Source of the DNA: Dendrobates tinctorius
Lineage: Eukaryota
Direction of reading: 5' to 3'
DNA length: 64,000 bases
Assembly: GCF_039654945.1 (NCBI RefSeq)
Contig: NW_027361675.1
Coordinates: 58,342,001-58,406,000, forward strand
Part shown: piece by piece, positions 12,168 through 24,410 of the stretch
How positions within the stretch are numbered: position 1 is the first letter of the stretch
How the letters are laid out: each line of letters begins with the position of its first letter
The notes under the pieces: generated by a model
The model's database searches: none
Told to the model about the DNA's origin: nothing
Seen by the model: only the letters and a program-made list of their open reading frames with translations
Position numbers and translations under genes: made by a program

Positions 12168-13145
12168 TCCTCCTGCCCGCACCCTAAGGTAATATACTTT
12201 GATTATATCCATCATACCTTTTCTCATCGCCTGTCTGGGGATTCTCATTAGGATTACTATTGCTATCCTTGCATAGACACACATTGGTCTTAAGATACTC
12301 TTATTGTTAATTTACTTCCATGTATATGTATCTCTGGCTTGCTTCTGTGACAGAAATGTTGATTTTCTTCATGTCCATTGGAGCTCACTGCTGTTATACT
12401 TGGTATAGGCACTTACTAGCCATATGTTAAACACTGGTTTATACTTATGTACTTTTGGCTTATACATAATGGTATTTTCTTGCTTGTCTATAATGGTATT
12501 CGCTTGCACGGCTATTCTATAGTAAACAGCAGTAGCCTTTGGATCTATTTAATCATTTGTATGCACAAATTGCATATTGACAATCCTTGCTATTTACCCC
12601 ACGGGGCGGTGATATGTTTGCTGTAGTGTCTCCCCTTTTTACATTTATAATGTCTTTTTATGAAAAATCCTTTTTATAATGTCTCAATAAAGATTGATAT
12701 TTTTAGACATGGCTTCCTTTTGCTCGTTTTGGATGATCCTTCTCCATCTGTACTCTGTGTCCTGGACGGCACTTACCAAGTACAGGTAAAGGAACTGCAT
12801 GACTGTGTCTGTCATCTTTCTCCTGCGCCTGGCGCACAGCTCTGCTACATCCTGCACTGCACACCATCTACCAACTCTTTCATCTGCCCTGCGACTACTG
12901 ACCTACCTGTGCAGGGCTTCTACATCTTAGCTGCACCACAACATCTGTTCCAGAGAAGCGACACTGCAGCGCTGGTCAATCTGATCAGAAACCACAGGTG
13001 GCATCACGTATCATTCACCTATAAATGTTATTCACCCCTTTGCATGGACGCCCAGGGCCATGGACTGGGTCACCACCACTGTGACACATCCCTCTGAGAC
13101 ACCGGCCCGGTACCGATTAACCCCACTGCCCTGGCTGGCGACCCA

Positions 13146-13621
13146 CACTCCATGCCAGATTCATCTTGGACTGGGGAATTCATGATTTGACTTGATAACC
13201 AAGGCATGGTATGTGAAAAGAGCTCCATGGGGTAATCTGTAGTGTGGCCTGCCGCATCCTTCACTTTTGGTAGGGGTGAAGGACACAAGGAAAGGTGTTG
13301 TTCCTGACCAGGAGCCTACACTGACGACTCAGTGCTTTTATTTTTTGAAACTTCAGAAGAGGAGGCGATAGAGCTGGAGGCTGTGTCAGCAATGTAAGTC
13401 AAAACTTGTTCCTGAAGCTCCGGCTTTAAAAGCGGTTTACCTACTCCCAGAAAAGGGAGCCTTTGAGTCCTTGTGGAGCCAGACGATGACGCAGGCTCAA
13501 CACCTCCTGCCTTAGGTGCTATTGTGCTTTTGCCACTGCCAGCAGATGCACCACCAAAACCACCAGTACCAGCTGGCAACCCCCGCCCACGTTCACGGCC
13601 TCTTCCACCATACTTCCTCAT
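13146..13621 (-). pseudogene. hAT transposase N-terminal remnant (continues 9060-9237)
   Basis: MRKYGGRGRERGRG...LPFLGVGKPLLKPE and TTDYPMELFSHTMP match the ORF starting at 37832. Confidence 0.9.
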
Positions 13622-13677
13622 TTTTGGGAAAATGTACCCAAAATACCACCAGCTATATGGTACTGTAAAACAAGGTA

Positions 13678-14785
13678 CAAGGTGTATATAGTATTGGGGA
13701 GAATTGGAATCTCCCTAGAGATTTTAGGAGGCTGAACTATTATCTCAGGCCCACTATAGATTACACCTCAATTTAACAGGCTGAAATTGGCTGGTGTATG
13801 ACCAGGTACAAGGTGTATATAGTATTGGGGAGAATTGGAAGCTCCCTAGAGATTTTAGGAGGCTGAACTATTATCTCAGGCCCATTATAGATTACACCTT
13901 AATTTAACAGGCTGAAATTGGCTGGTGTATGACAAAGTACAAGGTGTGTATAGTATTGTGGAGAATTTGAATCTCCCTAGAGATTTTAGGAGGCTGAACT
14001 ATTATCTCAGGCCCACTATAGATTACACCTCAATTTAACAGACTGAAATTGGCTGGTGTATGAGAAACTCCAAGGTGTATATAGTATTGGGGAGAATTTG
14101 AATCTCCCTAGAGATTTTAGGAGGCTGAACTATTATCTCAGGCCCACTATAGATTACACCTCAATTTAACAGACTGAAATTGGCTGGTGTATGAGAAACT
14201 CCAAGGTGTATATAGTATTGGGGAGAATTTGAATCTCCCTAGAGATTTTAGGAGGCTGAACTATTATCTCAGGCCCACTATAGATTACACCTCAATTTAA
14301 CAGACTGAAATTGGGTGGTGTATGACAAAGTACAAGGCGTATATAGTATTGGGGAGAATTGGAAGAGCTCCCTAGAGATTTTAGGAGGCTGAACTATTAT
14401 CTCAGGCCCACTATAGATTACACCTCAATTTAACAGGCTGAAATTGGCTGGTGTATGACAAAGTACAAGGTGTATATAGTATTGGGGGGAATTTGAATCT
14501 CCCTAGAGATTTTAGGAGGCTGAACTATTATCTCAGGCCCAGTATAGATTACACCTCAATTTAACAGGCTGAAAGTGGCTGGTACATGACAAAGTACAAG
14601 GTGTATATAGTATTGGGGAGAATTTGAATCTCCCTAGAGATTTTAGGAGGCTGAACTATTATCTCAGGTCCAGTATAGATTACACCTCAATTTAACAGGC
14701 TGAAATTGGCTGTTGTATGAGAAACTACAAGGTGTATATAGTATTGGGGAGAATTTGAATCTCCCTAGAGATTTTAGGAGGCTGA
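13678..14785. repeat. 131-bp tandem repeat, ~8.4 copies, inside hAT
   Basis: Unit starts at 13678, 13809, 13940, 14071, 14202, 14333, 14466, 14597, 14728. Confidence 0.97.
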
Positions 14786-16498
14786 CAATGACGCTCTCAG
14801 TCCAAGTATGGCAGCAGGCAGCCTAATAAGCAGGACTGCTGCACACAAAAGTGTGGAAAAATGAACGCTTGGTAACTGTGCAGAAAAGAGGAAGAAAAGT
14901 ATTTTTGCTTTTAAAAAATCAGTTTGCACAGCAGTGTGCAAACAGCAATGCAGCTATCATGGAGCCTTATAAGGCAGCCTAATAACCAACAGAGCTGATG
15001 CACAAAAATATAGCCTCCCCTGTCACTGCACACAAACTGTTGTGTTGTACAGTGAAGATCGCTAACAGCAGAAGCAGTTTTTTGGTTCTTCTTCCCTGCC
15101 TAACGCTCTCCCTTATTCAGAATCAGCAGCAGCCACCTCTCCCTATGCTAAGATCGGCAGAAGTAAGAAGGAGATCGGCGTGCACGCCCTTTTATAGCCC
15201 CTGTGACGCCACACAAAGCAAGCCAATCACTTGCATGCCCTTCTCAAAGATGGTGGTGACCGCTGCCCATGTCATCGTGTTGCCCACAGTGTGCGTCCTC
15301 CATCATTGGCTGAAAAAGGGTTCTGGAAGCATCATTTGGTCACCGACCTCATGGCCGACCCCACGCTATGGTCGGGTTTCGTTTCATGAAACCCGACTTT
15401 AGCGAAAGTCGGCGACTTATGAATTTGACCATCCCGTTTCGCTCAACTCTACTAGCAGGTAGCACTAGATCGCTAGGACTGAAACGCTGGAAGATTTAAA
15501 AGGCTAGTAATGCTTCTAGTAATATTTTATCACATTTTAACCTTCTTTACCAACATTTTTTAACAACTCTAAAACCCACTTTAAGGATCTTTATTTTCAA
15601 AATTGGAAATCTTTGATAACTCATTTCCTTATATTATTATATTATATATTATTATTACTGTATTTTATTATTGATAAGTTATTAATGGGAAAAGTGCATA
15701 ATAAATCTTTCAGTTCACAGTGCTGATATTCTACACAAACACCTGCTCTTATAAAACATGGTTCCTATAGAAACAGCTAAATTATGCATGTCATCTTATA
15801 ATATAATTACCTGTCATTTTAATGACCAGGCTTAACAACATTTCAAAATATTGAATTAGAAACCCTGGTATTATCCAGATTGATGTAATGTGGAGTAACT
15901 GTGGCCAGGTTATAATTACCAAAAATTGCTTATGGACTCTTGTTCAGCTGTAATTAAATTTCCAAATAACCAGTGGCCTTATCAGATCTGAAATATATGT
16001 GATGAAAGAGGGTCAAGAGCAAGGATTTTCCAGGCTTCGACAGAGAAACAAATACTTTTAGCTAAACGGTGTGAAATTTTAATGCCTTAAAAACATTTCT
16101 CCTGTGAAATTAATTCTACTCAGCACTAAACCATCTGGCAGTGTTACCATTTCATGTATTGCTGTGCGAAAAGCATTTTTCTCCCGTGACTCTGATATAG
16201 TAATCACTGGCCTAATTGATTATTGTTTCTCCGGCATATTTAGATTGGCCAGACATGCTGTGGATGTTGCTTAGCACTAAGGAGTCAAATGATGACTAAT
16301 TTTTAAAAATGGCTATTAGGAGCTTCACGTTGCTCCGCTAAGCATTGACGCTCCATCCTTGATTTAAATGGACTACATAATCATGAAATGTAAACACTAC
16401 AATTTTCATTATATATCTATATCAAACTGCTGATGATGAATCTAATTATGTAAAAGCAATTATGGAGTGATTAGTGAATGTATTTTAAAAATAATTAA

Positions 16499-17281
16499 AG
16501 GGAACCTGTCACCCCCCCAGGGTGTTTTTCAGTTTAAGAGCCACCTTCAGCAGCACTAAGGCTGCATTCTGTGAAGGTGGCTCTTCTTTTTCTGACCCCC
16601 AGTAGCGCTGAAATATCGACTTTTATAACTAGCTCCAAATACCTGTAATGTGTCTCATAGGTATGTTGTGTCCCCCTGTATCAGTCGCCTACCATCCGTC
16701 CATCATGCCTGTCTGGTGCCTCGGCACCGCCCACCATGTGTTCATCATGATGTCCCTGTGCATCGCTGCATCCTCCTGTTTTGAATGCAGGTGCCTGCGC
16801 TGTGACAAGAGTTCTCGGGCATGCGCAGTGCGTGCTGCCTGAGAAACGACATCTGGCTATTGCGCCTACGCTATCTGGAGGCCCCAGCCCCACAGTGTGA
16901 ATACATCATAACACACTGCGGGGCGGAATCTGGGGCCTCCACAATGCGCAGGCGCAATAGCCTGATGTCGAGAACTCTTGTCACAGCGCAGGCATCTGCA
17001 TTCAAAAAAGGAGGATGCAGCGACGCACAGGGGCATCATGATGGACACATGGTGGGCGGCACCGAGGCACTGGACAGGCATGATGGACGGATGGTAGGCG
17101 GCTGATACAGGGGGACACAACATACCTATGAGACACATTATGGGTATTTGGAGCAAGTTATAAAAGTTGACATTTCAGCGTTACTGGGGGTCAGAAAAAG
17201 AAGAGTCACCTTCACAGAATGCAGCCTTAGTGCTGCTGAAGGTGGCTCTTTAACTGAAAAACGCCCTGGCGGGGTGACAGG
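16499..17281. mobile_element. T2/Kolobok-type MITE, near-perfect long palindrome
   Basis: TTAA-AGGGAACCTGTCACCCC start; ~380-bp inverted arms; right end stops at GGGGTGACAGG. Confidence 0.85.
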
Positions 17282-18321
17282 CGATTGTCAAGGTTTGACA
17301 CAAAAGTCTGCAGTCACTCTATGAGACTGCAGACTAGTGCACCCTCAGAGCATGCACATAGTGCATTGTCAACATTCTGTTTTGCCAGTCGCAAGACCAG
17401 GCAGTCATGTAACCACAAGTATGCGACTAGCATACTTTCATGCATTCCAACTAGACATGTATGACCTCGCTCTATTCACTGCGAGACTGTAGATGTCTAG
17501 CTGGAATGTGTTCAGGAGTATGCATATCGCATACTTGTGGTCACATGACCTCCTACTCCCATCATCGGCAAAGATAATCCTTACAGTGCATGCTTTAAAA
17601 ATGTATTATTATTATTGATTATACTAATTTACCGCCTATTAACAAGGGTTTTTATTGCCAAAGAAAATAATAATCTTATGACTAGTGCATTATCATGCTC
17701 ACAAAACTCCATACACTGTGTAGATCAATGGGATATTAAGTGCCCAGACAGTTTCACACACTTTCACAAACAAATACATGTGTGTTACTATATAAAAATA
17801 TTGAATTATTATCATTTAATAGGGAAAATGTGTACAGGGCTCGGTGCTTAGATTACCATATAGAGCACAGAAAGTATGGCAGGCAGAATAAAAAATAAAC
17901 AGTTCCATCCCGTGTCTACAAATATATTTAGAGTATACATCACCCATATTATATATTAATATTCACATTGCCCTAAGAGGGCCACACCGTGCCCACATAA
18001 TTAGTGTATACACATCTCTTGCTAGTGAAGTTGGTTTCCCTAGACTACCGTAGTTTGTTTTCAAACTAATGTGCTTTTGTGCAGTGGTGAAAAGAAGTCT
18101 AGACAGAGGTAGATCAGTAGAATTAGCAGTTTTTGACTTTGTATAGAGGTTGGGCACTGTTTTGGCCTAATGTGTAAACTAAATCTGTAAGTATTGAAGG
18201 TGCATATTCGAAGGTTCAGTGCTGGGTTCGCTATTAGTCAACTACTTTATTAATGATATAGAAAAAGTGATGTATTGCATTATTTTTATTTTTGCAAATG
18301 ACACCAATCTTTGTAGTGTAG

Positions 18322-18926
18322 ATAATACAAAATCCCAGCAGCAGAGATCATAACAAATAGTGGTGAATATAAAAAATATTCTACACCACAAATCAGCATT
18401 AGCCCATGGAAAATTCCAATACATATATGAACACACCAAGAAAAAGGAGTCTAAATCCACCAATAAAATTACTTCATTATTTTAATAGTACTCAAAGAGA
18501 TTGTATAAAATACATAGACACAAATAAATAAACAACCATACATATGACAATGTGTTACAAAGAGACTAAGGTGCAACAGCCCCACGCGAAACGCGCGTAG
18601 GGGCGCAGTGTGCAGCGGTCCTGACAGCAAATGGGTGAGCAATGACTTGGAAGTTATGACCTGAGGACTATTAGCAGGGGATCACTTTGTAACTCACACC
18701 TCACTGGGGGATTACTTTACCCATGCTAATTAGTATCCATGGGGCCTTTGGAATATAATGGCACTTGCTTTAGATATGATAATCTTGTTTGCTGTTAGCA
18801 ACCATGCACATAGTTTCACCTTAGTCTCTTTTAATGCATTGTCATATGTATGGTTGTTTATTTGTGTCTATGTATTTTATACAATCTCTTTGAGTGCTAT
18901 TAAAATAATGAAGTAATTTTATTGGA
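18322..18926. mobile_element. Short non-coding Penelope-type insertion with inverted 5' part
   Basis: 17-bp duplication CAATCTTTGTAGTGTAG (18305-18321, 18927-18943); ~18458-18573 is the reverse complement of ~18816-18925; half hammerhead GCGAAACGCGCGTAGGGG at ~18587-18604. Confidence 0.7.
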
Positions 18927-19419
18927 CAATCTTTGTAGTGTAGTGTAGTCAATGGAAGATGTTCATAAGTTGCTAGCTTACTTGCGCAAACTGAGTGATT
19001 GGGCTTCCACTTGGCAAATGAGGTCCATTGTGGAAAAATGTCAAGTTATGCATATGGGTACTAGTAATCTGTGGGCATCATTTGTTCTAGCTGTCCAAAA
19101 GCTAGGAGAGTCACTTGTAGAGAAGAATCTGGTGGAACGTCTGGACCACTGACTGAATATTCAGCTACTTCTCAGGTCAGCAAAATGTTTTCATGTATGT
19201 GAAAAGGCATGGATTTGCATGATAGGGTTGTAATACCACTTTATAATGCATTAGTTCAACCTCATCGGGAACATTTAGTTCAGTTCTGGAAACCAGTTCA
19301 TTGAAAGGATTTCCTGGCATTAAAATGGGTACAAAGAAGAGCCACCAAGCTGATAAGGTTCATGTGGGATTATTATTATTTCTTTCTAGAGGTGTGCCAG
19401 ATGCTATTGCATCAGGAGG

Positions 19420-19722
19420 GAAGTGTGTGTGTGGGGGGGTGTGTGTGTGAGTACATGTGTGTGTGTGTGAGTACATATGTGTGTGTACATGTGTGTGTGT
19501 GTGAGTACATATGTGTGTGTCCCGCAGCTGCCTGCCCACCCACCTCCGTGCAGTCACAGCCGGCAGGAAAGAGGGTGGTTTGCGGCCTGTGCTGGAGATG
19601 TGAGTACATGTGTGTGTATATGTGAGAACGTGTGTGTGTGTATGTGAGTACGTGCGTGTGTGTATGTGAGTACATATGTGTATGTGAGTACGTGTGTGTG
19701 TATGTGAGTACTTGTGTGTGTA
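19420..19722. repeat. GT-rich micro/minisatellite (GTGTGAGTAC units) around a GC-rich core
   Basis: Directly visible repeats. Confidence 0.9.
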
Positions 19723-19887
19723 TACTCCATCTGGAGAAAAAAAAAGATTTCAATTTCCAGAAGAGACTTTTTTTTACCATAAGATCTATTAATCTGTGGA
19801 ATAGACTACCTCAAGAGCTGGTGGACACTAGAAACCATTGATAATTTCTAAAAAGGCTTAGATGATTTCTTAGATCAGAATAACATA

Positions 19888-20985
19888 CAGTGCCTTGCGA
19901 AAGTATTCGGCTCCCTGGAACTTTTCAACCTTTTCCCACATATCATGCTTCAAACATAAAGATACCAAATGTAAATTTTTAGTGACGAATCAACAACAAG
20001 TGGGACACAATTGTGAAGTTGAACGAAATTTATTGGTTATTTTAAATTTTTGTGGAAATTCAAAAACTGAAAAGTGGGGCGTTTGTTGTGAGTTCTTTCT
20101 CTGATTCACCAGTTGTGAGTTCTCCTTCCAAACTCCCTCTGGTGGTAACAGGAGGTAGAGAGGCTGATTTGATTGGTGGAAATCTGCCACCTGAGAATGA
20201 GGATAACGATTGGATCTCAGGAGTCTCAGATTGGATTTAAGACAGCCGACGCCCTATTCAGTTGCTTGTGATTCCTTCTGGCTTGTCAGCTCTTGGTTTT
20301 CAGCTCTGTTCCAGTCATCTAAAGCTAAGTTTTTCTGCTAATGTTCACACTTGATTTTGTTGGTCTATTCAGCTTTTTGGTGTGGTCAGCCAGCCCCTGC
20401 TGGGGGCTGTGCTGAATTTCCACTCTTATTCATCAGTATTTTTCCAATTGGCTTTTAGTCCCTTACTAGTTCGTTCTCTTTTTGCTCTGTCTCAGAATAT
20501 TTTAGAGTGCTGATATAGTGGGAGAAGTCTAGTGACTTCAGGATTAATTTTGCTATCAGAAGTGTTGGACATGATTTTTGTAGGGTTTTTTGCAGGTTGC
20601 AGACAGTGTCTTTCCTTTCCTTTCTTGTCTAGTTAGTTTGGGCCCCATCATTTGCTCAGCCTATTTTCCTGCCTGTGTTTGTGCCTTCATCTTGTTTCAC
20701 CGTCAATACATGTGTGGGGGCTGTCTATTCCTTTGGGGTCTGCTCTGGGGCAGTTAGTTTTCCCTTTTCTTGCTTTAGGCTTATTTAGTCCTCCGGCCAT
20801 GACGAGGCGTCTAGGAACATCGTAGGCACGCTCCACGGCTACTGCTAGTTGTGTTGTAAGATCAGGGATCTACAATCTGCATAGTTACCAACCTCTCTGG
20901 TTTCCTGTGACTTAGCTTGTTGTGCTTTTTTCTCCTCGGTCACCCATTCATAACAGGCGTGCATTATTTTTCGGCTCCTTTTATG
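19888..20985. mobile_element. Isolated Tc1 terminal inverted repeat (Passport-like), split by a solo LTR
   Basis: TA-CAGTGCCTTGCGAAAGTATTCGGC start; inner DR-like TATTTTTCGGCTCC resumes after the LTR. Confidence 0.75.
20084..20955 (+). mobile_element. Solo LTR (Gypsy-like)
   Basis: TGTTGTGA...TCATAACA termini; 5-bp TSD GGCGT (one extra T on the left). Confidence 0.8.
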
Positions 20986-22843
20986 CATTTAATGCTCCCT
21001 CATTCATGGGAAAACCACTTTACTGTGACCGGCTTCCTCTGCCTGTAGACATGACATTCATCTGCTGCCGAGATAGCTGAATGATTCACTGCGCCTGCGC
21101 AGATTTCTCGCATGCGCTCCTCCTGTATGAAGATGGTGGCAGTCAGTGAATCATTCGGCTGATCCCGTCGGTGGCATGTTTGCGACGGTGTTCCGCTGGT
21201 GGTACCGCGCAAGAGGCTGCATACGGCGTATACAGTGTGTTTGTGTTGCGTACGGCATATACAGTGTGTTTGTGTGTGTGGTGTATACGGAATATACAGT
21301 GTGTGTTTGTGTGTGTGTGGTGCGATGGTGTTCTGCTGGTGGTACCGCGCAAGAGCCTGGTACCACCAGCAGTTTCCAAATTGAGACACCCATCTCTTGG
21401 GTATCCCAATATGGCGTTGTGCGAACTTCCGCCGCTTGAAATTCTGGGAGTCGGACACATCTGGACAGAACAGGATGTGAAGACATTTCAAGGTAAGTAT
21501 ATATTAGATACTTTTCCCTTCCATCTGGTTATTTTTAGTGTTTTAGGCTTTGAAGAGACATTAGAGCATAATAAATGTATTTTTAGGTCATTTATAAGGT
21601 CCAAATCAATTTCTTTTAAATAAATTCAAACCCAAATAGAATTTGTTAAGACTATACTCAAGTTGAGTTATAATGCTGAAATGCAATATCCACACTGGAA
21701 GCCGTGTACACCCAACGTCTAGTGTCATTTGAGTATTTTATCTGTAAATGTTGCGGCAGGTTGTTTTTGATTATGTCTTGCTTTCATTGTGACTTTAATG
21801 TGGCTTAAAGAGTATAAAAGGCTGAGAGCCTCTGATTTACTGTACAAAAAGCTACCAATGCCCAGGCCCATCACTGCATGGACTAATATGTTTATATAAC
21901 TATGCATATGTAGGGTACACTTGGCTGTATGTGCATAATTGTGCATTTGTCTTGTACAGTGTCATGTCACATGTGACCTATCTTATCATTTATCTAGCTG
22001 TGAATAGATGTGTCTTTGTAAATATTAGTTCCTGGATATCATCGAGTGCGCAGTACGAGATACTGAAGATTTAACCAATCGATGTTGGTTTTTCTGCCTG
22101 ATAATAGATTTCTTCTTCTTTGCTTGTCATGGTAATGTCATTATTCTGTGTCAGTGAAATTGAAGTAAAGATAAGTGACAGATCTCCAGATTGAACAAAT
22201 AATATCTTTTCATGCTTTGGTAAGAAAGGTTTTGGCGCCCTCTGCAGTTCACATGAAAGCATTCAACAGGACGAGTTTCCCCGTGAAAGGCTTGGATTCC
22301 GCAGTCACATCCACAGTGTGGATAGCACTCCACATAGCGGTGTATAAACATGACTGCACAGAGCGAAACGAGATGCCAGCGAGAATGTCACTAATTCCAA
22401 ATGTTTACAGCAAAAGACAGCTGATCACATTTTCAGCAGCAAAGTCTGAATATTGTGATACTTTGCAATTTCAATAGTTACAATTTGAAAGTTTAGTAAA
22501 AAATATAATAAAGCAATTCATTGTAATTGGGTGTTTGCTACTCTTCAGTGTTTCTAAATGCTTGATTAGCTTTAGGAGATAACAAGAGTGTGTGTCCTAT
22601 CCCCTATATTAAGCGAGGAGCAAACTCAATTTTTTTGCATTCATACCTTCTCCATTAAAAGTCATGACATCACAACTTTTGTGTATTCTGCTTTACCTGA
22701 TCCTTCATGGATATATGAGAATTCAGTAAAGCAGAATACCATACACTCATATGATTTGATTAGATCAGCAAATAATGAATCAATCAGTAGTAAAATTAGG
22801 CAAGGTAAGCACAGGTATAGACACAATGTCACCACACGCTTAA

Positions 22844-23368
22844 AGTGGTTGTCCGGTTTTAAGCTACAAGTCTGCAGTCACTGTACAGATTCTCCAGGGC
22901 AGATGCTGGGAGCAGGCAGTCATGTGATTTGTATACTTCTGTCCACTTTCTGACTAGATTGTATCAGGCCTTGCTCAATACACTTGTATTGATCGGGGCT
23001 GTGCCCATATAGTTGGCACGTGACCGCTTATATACAAATTGCATTTTCGGTAACGAACCTACTGCTCCCGCCATCGGAGAATCTTCAGAGCATGCAGGGT
23101 GTCACTAATGTAAGTTCCCTGCTCCTAATATACTTACCAGCCACTGTCTTCTTCTGTTATCTGCCCCACTCAGACTTCCATTGAGAGCTTGTGACCGTTA
23201 CATCCAACTTCTGGTCAATCAGAAGTTGCCGTCACAAGATGGTCAGTAGGAATTGAAGTGGTGCTGGGAAGAGCTGATGACAGCGGCTGGTGAGTGTAAT
23301 ACTAGAATCTGGGAGCTTACATTAGTAGCACCACTCCAGCACTGAAATAAAAAAAAACTGAGTGGTGT
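22844..23368. mobile_element. Decayed T2/Kolobok-type MITE(s)
   Basis: TTAA-AGTGGTTGTCC start, GTGGTGTT-TTAA end; shares AAGTCTGCAGTCACT with ~17300. Confidence 0.5.
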
Positions 23369-23524
23369 TTTAAAAAAGTTTTCTATTTTTATTTAAATAT
23401 TTTTTACACTGCATAAATGAGTGACTTTACAGCTTTCTAATATACTGTACTTTGAGTTTCATTTTTTCACAATTGCACCAGATCTGCACCGACCTTCTCC
23501 TGCTCTCATTTCAGTTGTGGATAT

Positions 23525-24410
23525 ACACTAGATGGACAAAAGTATTGGGTCACATCTCTAAATCATTGAATTTACGTAGTTTTTCAGTTAGTACTATTGC
23601 CACAGGTCCAAGTATATGAAAAAATTGTAAAAGAATGGTTCATTCTATGAACTGGAGCACAACACTATAATAGGATGCCACTGTTCTAAGAAGTTAATTC
23701 ATGAAATGTCTTCTCTCCAAAATGATCTATGATGAATTGTGAGTGGTATTATCAGAAAATGGCTGCAATTAGGAACAGCCGAAATTCCCACACAAAGGGG
23801 CAGACCATGTAGAGTCAGTAACTGCAGAATTTAAAACCTCCTATGGCATTAACATAAGCACAAAATCTCTGCATTGGGAGCTTCATGGCTTCAGTTTCCA
23901 TCCCCTCCGCCAGAAACTGAATGCAAGCCCTACATCATCAAACACAGTGCCAAGTGTCAGTTGGAGTGGTGTAAAGTATTCTGTAGAGTGACAAATCATG
24001 CTTCTTTATCTGGCAGTTTGAGGAACAAGTCTGGATTTGGAGACTGCAAGGAGAGCAAAGCATGGCCCATAAAGGCACGGTTGAGTGAGTTAGGTGCCGA
24101 GGAACATGATTGGCCTGCACAGAGTCCTGACCTCTTTGTCATCGAACACCTTTGGATGAACTTGAATGGAAATTGTGAGCCAAGTCCTCTTTTCCAACTA
24201 AATATCTACCTCACAAATTCTGTTCTCTTTAAATGGTCAAAAATTCAGACATACACGCTTCAAAATCTTGTAGAAAGCCTTCCTGGAAGAGTACAAGCTT
24301 TAAAGCTGCAAAGGGGCCAACTCCACATTAATACTTATGGAGTTTGAATGGGATGTCATAACACGCCTATATGTGTAATGTGTAGGCTTCTTAATAATTT
24401 CGCCTACATG
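23525..24410 (+). mobile_element. Degenerate, internally deleted Tc1-like transposon
   Basis: TACACTAGATGGACAAAAGTATTGGG terminus; HDWPAQSPDL..IEHLW and LQNLVESLP.RV remnants. Confidence 0.85.

Larger units (their letters stand above)
9844..12736 (+). mobile_element. 5'-truncated Penelope-like retroelement (Neptune type)
   Basis: 15-bp duplication TCCTTCTCCATCTGT (9829-9843, 12737-12751); RT + GIY-YIG ORF; 3' region with TATA-like motif, hammerhead relic and AATAAA (~12687). Confidence 0.9.
9238..13145 (+). mobile_element. Solo LTR (~1 kb, Gypsy-like) interrupted by a Penelope element
   Basis: TGTGGCACCCC...GGCGACCCA termini; 4-bp TSD CACT (9234-9237, 13146-13149); termini resemble the LTRs of 40914-45373; the hAT coding sequence is contiguous across it. 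Confidence 0.85.
7811..15451 (-). mobile_element. Non-autonomous hAT (Ac family) internal-deletion derivative with nested insertions
   Basis: TIR TAGAGATGAGCGA...TCGCTCAACTCTA; exact TSD CTAGCAGG (7803-7810, 15452-15459); both arms homologous to 28941-39605; only the transposase N-terminus remains. Confidence 0.95.
18210..19880 (+). mobile_element. Decayed CR1 LINE 3' fragment with two insertions
   Basis: FA(N)DT..C, LSDWASTWQMR, KCQVMHMG, NLWNRLPQE motifs of CR1 ORF2; interrupted at 18322-18926 and ~19360-19725. Confidence 0.85.

Noticed and set aside
15900-16450. TE-free, motif-rich stretches that look like conserved non-coding enhancers (also ~1800-2000, 22050-22460, 26050-26230, 52050-52250)
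   Set aside because: Conservation cannot be judged from one sequence; needs a cross-vertebrate alignment.
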